Source: Candidatus Zapsychrus exili (GTDB taxonomy: Bacteria; Omnitrophota; Gorgyraeia; Zapsychrales; Zapsychraceae). From it: a stretch of DNA of 37,481 nucleotides. Of this stretch, positions 17,889 through 25,918 are shown piece after piece. The notes beneath the pieces were generated by a model. The model was given only the letters and a program-made list of their open reading frames with translations, searched no databases and was not told the origin of the DNA. Position 1 is the stretch's first letter; each line of letters starts with the position of its first letter. The position numbers and the translations under genes are program-made. The stretch covers positions 1 through 37,481 of the forward strand of contig JAVCCJ010000075.1 in NCBI GenBank assembly GCA_030765585.1. Direction: 5' to 3'.

Positions 17889-19394
17889 ATGAAAGTATAT
17901 TTAGCAGGTTTTAATGTTGATACAGCTGTTCTAGAAGAATTACAAAAAAAGGCAGAGCCTAGAGAAGATGTCACACCCGAAGTTATATCTGCTGCATATG
18001 CCAGAATAAGTAGAGATCCGAGAAAAATTAACGAGATAAGAGAGGCTGCTCGAGGAGAAGTTGAGCGTTCGCGCAAGTCTAACTCAACAATCATATTTAA
18101 AATGGGGCATCATTCAGTTGCTGAGCATGCTGTTTTTAATTTGGATGTGATAGGTCTTTCAAGATTTTGCATGGAAGATTTAGAAAAATTTCGCCTATGT
18201 TCTTATACAGAAAAGTCTCAAAGATATATAACCCTTGATAATGATTATGTTGTGCCGAAAGAAATAAAAGACACAAATTTAGAGAGTAAATTTGTCGATA
18301 TGATTCAAAAACAAAATGAGGCATATTTTGTTCTTTTTGAAAAATTGAAGAAACATGTTTTTGAAAAACATTCTGATTTAGCTCTTGATTCAAAGAATCA
18401 TAGTTTACTAGAGGGATGGGCAAAAGAAGACGCTAGATATATTACGGCTTTGGCAACTGAATCTCAAGTAGGATTAACGGTTAATGCTCGTAATTTTGAG
18501 CTTATGTTAAGAAGATTTGCGTCACATCCGCTAGCAGAGGTTAAGCAGCTTGGTCGACAACTGTATGAGAAAATAGAAAAGGTTGCTCCATCAATTGTAC
18601 TTTTTCATCAAGAAAATGATCGAGATAGTAAAACTTTTTCTGATTTAAAAGAAGTTGCAAATAAAATAATAAATGATTCTGGTGAATCTACAAAACAATC
18701 AAAAGAGGTTGAGTTAGTTGAATATACAAAAGAAGGCGATCTCATTGTTGCAGCATCTTTGTTGCATGTTTCAACTAAACAGCCGTATGAAAAATGTAAG
18801 GACATCGTAAGAAATCTTTCTAGGGAAGAATTAGAAAAAATATTTAAAACAGCATGGGGGAATATGCAATTTTATGATTCTATGCTTCGCGAGTTTGAAT
18901 ATGTGAACCTTACCTTTAATGTTGAATTATCTTCTGCATGTTTTGGCCAACTTAAGCGTCATAGAATGTCAACAATAACAGCGCAACCTTATGATATAGA
19001 TTTAGGTATAACAATTCCTGATAGAATTAAAGAAATTGGCGCTGATGGATATTTTAAAGAAATAGTTGAACGGACAAATGAAGTTTATAAAGAGTTAAAA
19101 GCTCAAGTGCCAGAAGTAGCTCCATATATTTTAACAAATGCGCATAGAAAGCGCGTATTAATAAGAGTAAATGCACGCGAACTTTATCATATATCTCGTT
19201 TAAGAGAAGATGCCCATGCCCAGTGGGATATACAAAATGTTTCTTGTGATATGGTAGCACAAGCCAAAGAGGTTATGCCGCTAACTTTTGGTCTTATTGG
19301 TGGAAAAGATAAATATAATGAGATTTTTAAGAACATTTATGGCAAATTGCCAAAAGTAACAGAAGCTGTTTTGCCTGCGGCAAGGAAGATATAA
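17889..19394 (+). CDS. thyX: Flavin-dependent thymidylate synthase, long tandem-domain form
   Basis: GHHSVAEH, SYTEKSQRY, KEDARY and NARNF in the first half; QLKRHR, NARELYH and AQWDI in the second half. Confidence 0.85.
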   Translation: MKVYLAGFNVDTAVLEELQKKAEPREDVTPEVISAAYARISRDPRKINEIREAARGEVERSRKSNSTIIFKMGHHSVAEHAVFNLDVIGLSRFCMEDLEKFRLCSYTEKSQRYITLDNDYVVPKEIKDTNLESKFVDMIQKQNEAYFVLFEKLKKHVFEKHSDLALDSKNHSLLEGWAKEDARYITALATESQVGLTVNARNFELMLRRFASHPLAEVKQLGRQLYEKIEKVAPSIVLFHQENDRDSKTFSDLKEVANKIINDSGESTKQSKEVELVEYTKEGDLIVAASLLHVSTKQPYEKCKDIVRNLSREELEKIFKTAWGNMQFYDSMLREFEYVNLTFNVELSSACFGQLKRHRMSTITAQPYDIDLGITIPDRIKEIGADGYFKEIVERTNEVYKELKAQVPEVAPYILTNAHRKRVLIRVNARELYHISRLREDAHAQWDIQNVSCDMVAQAKEVMPLTFGLIGGKDKYNEIFKNIYGKLPKVTEAVLPAARKI

Positions 19395-19429
19395 ATATTT
19401 TAGCGCTAAATGTTAAAACAAGAAAATAT

Positions 19430-19458
19430 TTGACAAGAATGTGCTTGGAGAGTATATT
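19430..19458 (+). promoter_or_regulatory. Sigma70 promoter for the nfnAB-orf-gdhA unit
   Basis: TTGACA (19430-19435), 17-nt spacer, TATATT (19453-19458). Confidence 0.8.
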
Positions 19459-19468
19459 AACTTTGCTT

Positions 19469-19524
19469 GATAAGGCGATGAAGTCTTATTGGTAATCTTT
19501 TTATACAGGTTTCAAAGAGGGAAC
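19469..19524 (+). promoter_or_regulatory. ANTAR-like hairpin pair in the nfnA leader
   Basis: GATAAGGC-GATGAA-GTCTTATT (19469-19490) and GTTTC-AAAGAG-GGAAC (19509-19524). Confidence 0.6.
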
Positions 19525-19563
19525 TGATCTGATATTCTAGATTCTTGTGTCCATAAAGTAAAC

Positions 19564-19601
19564 ATCCTCAAATAACTGCTAAAGGTTTTTGAGGGTTTTT
19601 T
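19564..19601 (+). terminator. Leader (attenuator) terminator upstream of nfnA
   Basis: ATCCTCAAA...TTTGAGGGT stem followed by a T-run, between the promoter and the ATG at 19637. Confidence 0.65.
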
Positions 19602-19636
19602 ATGCCTAAAAACTTAGTATTAAAATTTCTAATAAA

Positions 19637-20500
19637 ATGAACAAAATTATTCAAAAAATACAATTGTCAGAAGAGGTTTTTAAGATTATGGTTGAAGCTC
19701 AACTAATATCTGAAGAATGTCTTGCTGGCCAATTTATACTTTTGCAGGTTGATGAGAATGGAGAAAGGATTCCTTTAACTATTGTAGATTCTGATAAAGA
19801 AAAAGGAACGATTGATCTTATATTTCAGGCTGTAGGCAAAACAACACATTTACTTGCCGAGCTAAATGTTGGCGATGAAATATTAAATCTTGTAGGTCCT
19901 TTAGGAACGCCAACACATATTGAAAAATTAGGAACTGTTGTGTGTGTAGGTGGTGGTATTGGGGTCGCGCCAGCATATCCTATTGCAAAGGCAATGAAAG
20001 CTGCAGGAAATAAACTTATTGTAATTATCGGTGCGCGCAATAAAGATCTGATTATCCTTGAAGAAGAAATGAAAGAAATAGCTGATGAGCTAATAATATG
20101 TACTGATGACGGTTCTTATGGACAGAAAACTTTGGTTACTGGTCCTTTAAAGGAATTATGCGAAAAAGATAATAAGCCTGATTTGGTTGTTGCTATAGGT
20201 CCTCCTATTATGATGAAGTTTTGTGCTGAAACTACTAGGCCTTATGAGGTCTCTACAGTTGTTTCTCTTAATACTATTATGATTGATGGAACCGGTATGT
20301 GTGGAGGCTGTCGTGTAACGGTAGGGGATAAAGTTAAATTTGTATGTGTCGACGGCCCAGAATTTGATGGACATCTTGTTGATTTTGATAATATGATGCA
20401 ACGTCTTAAAACGTATAAAAAACATGAGGACAAAGCTCATGAGCAATGTCATTTAGATATGAAAATAAAGAGTAAACAAAATAGAAATGAACCTGCCTAA
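19637..20500 (+). CDS. nfnA: NfnA/SudB-like FAD/NAD-binding [2Fe-2S] subunit of electron-bifurcating transhydrogenase
   Basis: GERIPLTI, VGPLG, GGGIGVAP, MIDGTGMCGGCRV, CVDGPEFDGH. Confidence 0.85.
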   Translation: MNKIIQKIQLSEEVFKIMVEAQLISEECLAGQFILLQVDENGERIPLTIVDSDKEKGTIDLIFQAVGKTTHLLAELNVGDEILNLVGPLGTPTHIEKLGTVVCVGGGIGVAPAYPIAKAMKAAGNKLIVIIGARNKDLIILEEEMKEIADELIICTDDGSYGQKTLVTGPLKELCEKDNKPDLVVAIGPPIMMKFCAETTRPYEVSTVVSLNTIMIDGTGMCGGCRVTVGDKVKFVCVDGPEFDGHLVDFDNMMQRLKTYKKHEDKAHEQCHLDMKIKSKQNRNEPA

Positions 20501-21926
20501 TCATAAAGAATTAAAGTCCAAAGAACGTATGGCTATTCCTGCTCAAGAGATGCCTGTGCAAGATGCTAAAGTGCGAAGAGATAATATGAGCGAGGTTGCT
20601 TTAGGATATACTCAAGAACAGGCGCAGCTAGAAGCTATGCGATGTCTTCAGTGTAAAACAGCTCCTTGTGTAGCAGGTTGCCCTGTTCAAATAGATATTC
20701 CAGGATTTATTGGTGCAATAGCAAATGGAGATAATAAAGCTGCAATAGACATTCTTAAACAAAATAGTTTGTTACCTGCTGTTTGTGGAAGAGTTTGTCC
20801 TCAAGAAACGCAATGTCAGGCGCCATGTACTGTTGGGAAGAGCCTTAAAGATGTAAACAAAGCTGTTTCTGTTGGAAGACTTGAGCGTTTTGTTGCTGAT
20901 TGGGAACGCGATAATAATATGGTTACATCTCCAGAAGTAAAGAAAGAGACTGGCAAAAAAGTTGCAATTGTTGGTAGCGGTCCTGCAAGTATAACAGTCG
21001 CAGCTGATGTAAGACGCCAAGGACACTCAGTTACAATGTTTGAAGCATTTCATAAAACAGGTGGAGTTATGGTTTATGGTATTCCTGAGTTTCGTTTGCC
21101 TAAAAAGATTGTACAAATGGAAATAGATTCTCTTGAGGCGATGGGGGTTGAAGTTAAGACTAATTTTGTTGTTGGCCGCACAAGAAAACTTTTAGACTTT
21201 ATGGAAAAAGATGGTTTTGATGCAATATTTGTTGGAACAGGAGCAGGTTTGCCGCGCTTTATGAACATTGAGGGAGAAAATCTTGTAGGTGTTTTTTCTG
21301 CAAATGAATATTTGACTCGTACAAATTTAATGAAAGCTTATGATAAAAAAAATTCTCATACTCCGATTTTTAATTCGCGTAAGGTTGCTGTATTTGGTGG
21401 CGGTAATGTAGCGATGGATGCAGCACGAACGGCGGTACGTCTTGGCGCAGATGAAGTACATCTTATATATAGGCGTACAGAAGTTGAGATGCCAGCACGG
21501 GTAGAAGAAGGTCATCATGCAAAAGAAGAAGGAGTTATTTTTCATTTACTTGAAAATGCGAAACGTATTTTAGGAGACGAGAACGGTTGTGTGAAGGCAA
21601 TAGAGTGTCTGCGTTATAAATTAGGAGAGCCAGATGATTCAGGAAGACGTCGTCCAGTAGTTGTTGAGGGGAGCGAATTTATTATAGATTTGGATACTGT
21701 TATTGTTGCGATTGGTAATGATTCAAATCCTTTAATAAAACAAACAACGCCAGATTTAGAAACCAACAAGTGGGGCAATATTATTGCAGATGAAAATTGT
21801 AAAACCTCAATTGATGGTATTTATGCTGGAGGAGATATTGTTCTAGGAGCAGCGACAGTTATTTTGGCAATGGGTCAAGGAAGAGCTGCTGCAAAAGCTA
21901 TAAATGATTATTTGAATATTTTGTGA
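20487..21926 (+). CDS. nfnB: NfnB/SudA-like large subunit (GltD-like; often annotated as homotetrameric glutamate synthase)
   Basis: RCLQCKTAPCVAGCPV, CGRVCPQETQC, YGIPEFRLPK, GGGNVAMDAARTA, GAATVILAMG; overlaps nfnA by 14 nt. Confidence 0.85.
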   Translation: MNLPNHKELKSKERMAIPAQEMPVQDAKVRRDNMSEVALGYTQEQAQLEAMRCLQCKTAPCVAGCPVQIDIPGFIGAIANGDNKAAIDILKQNSLLPAVCGRVCPQETQCQAPCTVGKSLKDVNKAVSVGRLERFVADWERDNNMVTSPEVKKETGKKVAIVGSGPASITVAADVRRQGHSVTMFEAFHKTGGVMVYGIPEFRLPKKIVQMEIDSLEAMGVEVKTNFVVGRTRKLLDFMEKDGFDAIFVGTGAGLPRFMNIEGENLVGVFSANEYLTRTNLMKAYDKKNSHTPIFNSRKVAVFGGGNVAMDAARTAVRLGADEVHLIYRRTEVEMPARVEEGHHAKEEGVIFHLLENAKRILGDENGCVKAIECLRYKLGEPDDSGRRRPVVVEGSEFIIDLDTVIVAIGNDSNPLIKQTTPDLETNKWGNIIADENCKTSIDGIYAGGDIVLGAATVILAMGQGRAAAKAINDYLNIL

Positions 21927-21954
21927 AATAAACAACATTTTCAAAGGAGACGAA

Positions 21955-22440
21955 ATGGGCAGATTTACTAAAGATGGAAGATTAGTTATCCCATTAAAGG
22001 AAAGAAAAAAGGTTAAAGCTAAAGAGGATGAGGTTAGGTATGTAATAGATAAGGCATATTGTCCTAAGGGCTGTAACATAATCGATCCTGAGCATAAAAT
22101 AAATAATTATCCTGGATTACGCATTAAATTTAAGAGGCCAAAATCAGAAGGAGAGTTTGTTCTTTCTGCTATTGAAGGAGATTTTGATAAAATAATTTTA
22201 TCAGGAGAGCTAAAAAATAAAGTTAAAGATGACCTTTTTTGCCCTCACTGTGGATGTATGTTTGAGAAGTTAATTGCTTGTAATTGTAAGCCTGATGCAG
22301 ATATGGTTGTAATAGGTTTAACTCCTAAGTTAGATTTTAACAATGCAATAACATTTTGCAATGTTACTGGATGCACAAACGGTACATTTGTTAAATCAGG
22401 AGATGCTATTAGACACATTAGGTTAGGGTTTTCGTATTAA
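21955..22440 (+). CDS. Cys-rich hypothetical protein, putative metal-binding
   Basis: CPKGC, CPHCGC, CNC, FCNVTGC; SD AAGGAG upstream. Confidence 0.75.
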   Translation: MGRFTKDGRLVIPLKERKKVKAKEDEVRYVIDKAYCPKGCNIIDPEHKINNYPGLRIKFKRPKSEGEFVLSAIEGDFDKIILSGELKNKVKDDLFCPHCGCMFEKLIACNCKPDADMVVIGLTPKLDFNNAITFCNVTGCTNGTFVKSGDAIRHIRLGFSY

Positions 22441-22475
22441 AAGAAAAAATAATTTTTTAAAAAAAGGAGATAAAA

Positions 22476-23816
22476 ATGGCAGATTTGACCATAAAAGATT
22501 TTATGGATAAGGTAATTGCAAAAAATCCAGGCGAATCAGAGTTTCATCAAGCAGTTCAAGAAGTTGCAGAAGCAGTAATCCCTTTTATTAATAAAAATCC
22601 GAAGTACAGAGAAGCAAAGATTTTAGAAAGAATAGCAGAGCCAGAGAGAGTAATTATGTTTCGCGTTCCTTGGCTAGATGATAAGGGTGAAGTTCAAATA
22701 AATAGAGGTTTTCGTGTCGAAATGAATAGTGCTATTGGGCCTTATAAAGGAGGACTTCGTTTACATCCAACTGTTTATTTAGGTCTATTGAAATTTTTAG
22801 CTTTTGAGCAAGTATTCAAAAACAGCCTTACAACGCTTCCTATGGGTGGTGGTAAGGGTGGTTCTGATTTTGATCCTAAAGGAAAGTCAGATAATAAATA
22901 TATGAAGTTTTGTAAAAGATTTATGACAGAACCACAAAGACATATTGGACCTGACACTGATGTTCCTGCTGGAGATATTGGTACAGGAGGTCGTGAAATA
23001 GGCTTTATGTTTGGTCAATATAAAAGATTAAGAAATGAGTTTACAGGAATTCTTACAGGAAAAGGTTTAAATTGGGGTGGAAGTCTTATTCGTCCTGAAG
23101 CTACAGGTTACGGATGTGTTTATTTTACTGAAGAGATGTTAAAAGCAAAAGGTGATTCTCTTAAGGGTAAAGTTTGTACTATATCTGGATCAGGAAACGT
23201 TGCGCAATACACTGCTGAAAAAGTAAATCAATTAGGTGGAAAATGTGTTACTCTTTCAGATTCAGGTGGAACAGTTTATGATCCTGACGGAATAGATGCA
23301 GAAAAATTAGCATATGTTATGGAGCTAAAGAATGTAAAACGCGGCCGTATTAAAGAATACGCAGATAAATATGGTTGTAAATATCTTGAAGGTAAAAATC
23401 CTTGGAGTGTAAAATGTGACGTCGCTTTTCCATCTGCTACTCAAAATGAAATAAATGAAGCTGATGCAAAAGAATTAATCAAAAATGGTTGTATGGCTGT
23501 TGGAGAAGGCGCTAATATGCCAACAACTCCTGAAGGCGTAGAAGTTTTCCAAAAGGCTAAAATTTGTTATGGTCCTGGTAAAGCAGCTAATGCAGGTGGA
23601 GTTGCAACTTCTGGTTTAGAGATGTCTCAAAATAGTCAAAGACTTGCTTGGACTCGTGATGAAGTAGATACAAAATTACAAGGAATTATGGTAGCTATTC
23701 ATAAGCAATGTGAGAAATATGGTAAAGATGGCGACTATATAGATTACGTAAAAGGTGCTAATATTGGTGGCTTTGTAAAAGTTGCTGATGCTATGTTAGA
23801 CCAAGGCGTTGTTTAA
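22476..23816 (+). CDS. gdhA: NADP-type glutamate dehydrogenase
   Basis: GPYKGGLR, FEQVFKNSLTTLPMGGGKGGSDF, DVPAGDIG, RPEATGYG, SGSGNVAQY, GKAANAGGV. Confidence 0.96.
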   Translation: MADLTIKDFMDKVIAKNPGESEFHQAVQEVAEAVIPFINKNPKYREAKILERIAEPERVIMFRVPWLDDKGEVQINRGFRVEMNSAIGPYKGGLRLHPTVYLGLLKFLAFEQVFKNSLTTLPMGGGKGGSDFDPKGKSDNKYMKFCKRFMTEPQRHIGPDTDVPAGDIGTGGREIGFMFGQYKRLRNEFTGILTGKGLNWGGSLIRPEATGYGCVYFTEEMLKAKGDSLKGKVCTISGSGNVAQYTAEKVNQLGGKCVTLSDSGGTVYDPDGIDAEKLAYVMELKNVKRGRIKEYADKYGCKYLEGKNPWSVKCDVAFPSATQNEINEADAKELIKNGCMAVGEGANMPTTPEGVEVFQKAKICYGPGKAANAGGVATSGLEMSQNSQRLAWTRDEVDTKLQGIMVAIHKQCEKYGKDGDYIDYVKGANIGGFVKVADAMLDQGVV

Positions 23817-23835
23817 ATAATAGCTGAAGTTATAT

Positions 23836-23869
23836 GCCCCCGTTAGAGTAATTTCTGACGGGGGTTTTT
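23836..23869 (+). terminator. Intrinsic terminator after gdhA
   Basis: GCCCCCGTTAGA / TCTGACGGGGGT stem followed by a T-run. Confidence 0.85.
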
Positions 23870-24000
23870 ATATGTTTTTAAGTTTTATCTTAAAATAAAA
23901 GCAAATTAGTGCTCTAAAATAAATAGTTAGACTTTTTGTGTATCTTTAACGTATAATGAAGAACATTTTTAAAGTACTTATTTTAAGAAAGGAATATTAT

Positions 24001-24480
24001 ATGAGAAAGTTATTTATATTAATACTATTAGCTATTATTGTTTCTGGTTGCGCACAAGATTCTACTAAGGCTGTTTCAGAAGAAAGTAAGCCAATAGTAA
24101 ATTATTTAGAAGAGGGCAAGAAATCTTTACAAGAGGGCGATATAGCTGGTGCCATAAGCAATCTTGACAGAGCGGTAATACAAAACCCTAGAGATTTGAC
24201 AGGTTATGTTATTTTAGGTCAACTTTATATGAGACTTAACAATGTCCCTAAAGCAATAGAAGTTTTGTTAGCTTCTACAAGAGTTCGTCAAGATAACGGA
24301 GAAGTTTATTATTTGCTAGCTAATTGTTTTATGATTCTTGGCAAGAGCACTGAAGCTATAGAAACTGCAAAAAAGAGTGTAGATATATTTTTAAAGCAAA
24401 AAGAAGAGGGTAGGTTAAAAAAGTCTCTTGTGTTGTTAAAATCTTTAGTGGATGCTAGCGAATCTAATCAAGATAAATAA
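24001..24480 (+). CDS. TPR-repeat lipoprotein
   Basis: Likely start is ATG 24001 (AAGGA upstream; the ORF-track ATG at 23956 overlaps a TATAAT box at 23952-23957). Lipobox VSGC followed by TPR-like helical repeats. Confidence 0.75.
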   Translation: MRKLFILILLAIIVSGCAQDSTKAVSEESKPIVNYLEEGKKSLQEGDIAGAISNLDRAVIQNPRDLTGYVILGQLYMRLNNVPKAIEVLLASTRVRQDNGEVYYLLANCFMILGKSTEAIETAKKSVDIFLKQKEEGRLKKSLVLLKSLVDASESNQDK

Positions 24481-24606
24481 GTAAACCCAACCACGTACTT
24501 GCATTTGTAGAATAGTTAATATAAATTATATTTAAATATAATATTAGTAATAACATATTAATATTACTATTAAATAGAAGTCTATATATTGACTATAAAA
24601 TTGATA

Positions 24607-24634
24607 TTGACAAAATAGAACTTAATGATATATT
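24607..24634 (+). promoter_or_regulatory. Sigma70 promoter for carAB-purF-pyrG
   Basis: TTGACA (24607-24612), 16-nt spacer ending TGa, TATATT (24629-24634). Confidence 0.65.
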
Positions 24635-24815
24635 GATGCAGGCAGCACAAGATAATTAAAAGCAGTAACTCCAATAAGGTTTTTTAAAAGCGTTTCTTGT
24701 AGCATTGAAGTTATAAGATTTATGCTAGCTACAAGAAATCTTTGTTTCTTTAAAAGAAATATTTTAGACTACGAAGCTTTCCTGCCCTAAAACCTTTATT
24801 TAAACAGAAAAATAG

Positions 24816-25916
24816 ATGAATAAAGCAATTTTATATTTAGAAGATGGGACCAGTTTTTGTGGTACCAGTCTCTCTACAAAGGGGACGAGTGCTGGTGAGG
24901 TCATATTTAATACCTCAATGACTGGTTATCAAGAAATCCTAACAGACCCTTCCTACGCAGGTCAGATCGTTGTAATGACTTATCCTTTGATAGGTAATTA
25001 TGGTGTAAACGAAGAAGACATAGAATCTCAAAAAGTACATGTTAAGGGTTTTGTTGTAAAAGAATTCTGCAGGAAACATTCCAATTACAGGGCAACCGCA
25101 AGCATCATAGATTATCTGGATAAGAACAATATAGTAGCAATTGAGGGAATAGATACTCGCGCTTTAACTCGTCATTTAAGAGAAGCTGGCGCAATGAAAG
25201 CAATTATATCTACAGAAGATTTTGATCCTAAAAGTTTAGCTAAAAAGTTAGAAAATGTTCCTTCAATGGAAGGAAGTGATTGGGTTAAACAGGTTTCTAC
25301 AAAAGAGAAATATGTTTGGCCAATGGATGGCAAAGAGGTTCTTTTTAAGGTTGCAGCAATTGATTGTGGAATCAAGTTTAATATATTAAGAATACTTGCA
25401 AGCTTGGGTTGTGAAGTGCATGTCTTTCCAGCAAAGTCTACTTATGATGAGATTATGGCAGTTGAACCCGACGGTCTTTTTGTTTCAAACGGACCAGGAG
25501 ATCCTGCAGCGATTGATTATGTAATTGAGAATATAAAAAAGTTTTTTGGAGTTATTCCAATTTTTGGAATCTGCCTAGGACACCAAATGATTGGTTTAGC
25601 CTTAGGAGGGAAAACTTACAAATTAAAATTTGGCCATCACGGAGCAAATCATCCTGTTAAGCATTTACTTGATAATAGAGTTTGTATAACATCACAAAAT
25701 CATGGATTTTGTGTAGACTTATCAAGCTTGAGCGAAGATGAAGTAGAGATGATAGATGTTAATCTTAATGACCAGACACTTGAAGGTGTCAGACATAAGA
25801 AATATCCAATACTTTCGTTTCAGCATCATCCTGAAGCTTCTCCTGGACCTCATGATGCGAAGTACTTGTTTAAATATTTTGTTGATATGATAAAAGAAAA
25901 GAAAGCTAAAAGTTAA
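24816..25916 (+). CDS. carA: Carbamoyl-phosphate synthase small subunit
   Basis: [48 protein letters not shown]. Confidence 0.97.
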   Translation: MNKAILYLEDGTSFCGTSLSTKGTSAGEVIFNTSMTGYQEILTDPSYAGQIVVMTYPLIGNYGVNEEDIESQKVHVKGFVVKEFCRKHSNYRATASIIDYLDKNNIVAIEGIDTRALTRHLREAGAMKAIISTEDFDPKSLAKKLENVPSMEGSDWVKQVSTKEKYVWPMDGKEVLFKVAAIDCGIKFNILRILASLGCEVHVFPAKSTYDEIMAVEPDGLFVSNGPGDPAAIDYVIENIKKFFGVIPIFGICLGHQMIGLALGGKTYKLKFGHHGANHPVKHLLDNRVCITSQNHGFCVDLSSLSEDEVEMIDVNLNDQTLEGVRHKKYPILSFQHHPEASPGPHDAKYLFKYFVDMIKEKKAKS

Positions 25917-25918
25917 AT

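Noticed and set aside
20487..21926. Second glutamate synthase small subunit
   Set aside because: Pairing with an NfnA/SudB-like gene and the CPQE motif fit NfnB/SudA; the true gltD follows gltB.
23956..24000. N-terminal extension of the TPR protein
   Set aside because: The ATG overlaps a -10 box; ATG 24001 has an SD and gives a normal lipoprotein signal.
24515..24600. AT-rich palindromes such as TAGTAATA/TATTACTA before the carA promoter
   Set aside because: Expected by chance in very AT-rich DNA; no match to an ARG or PurR box that I can recognise.
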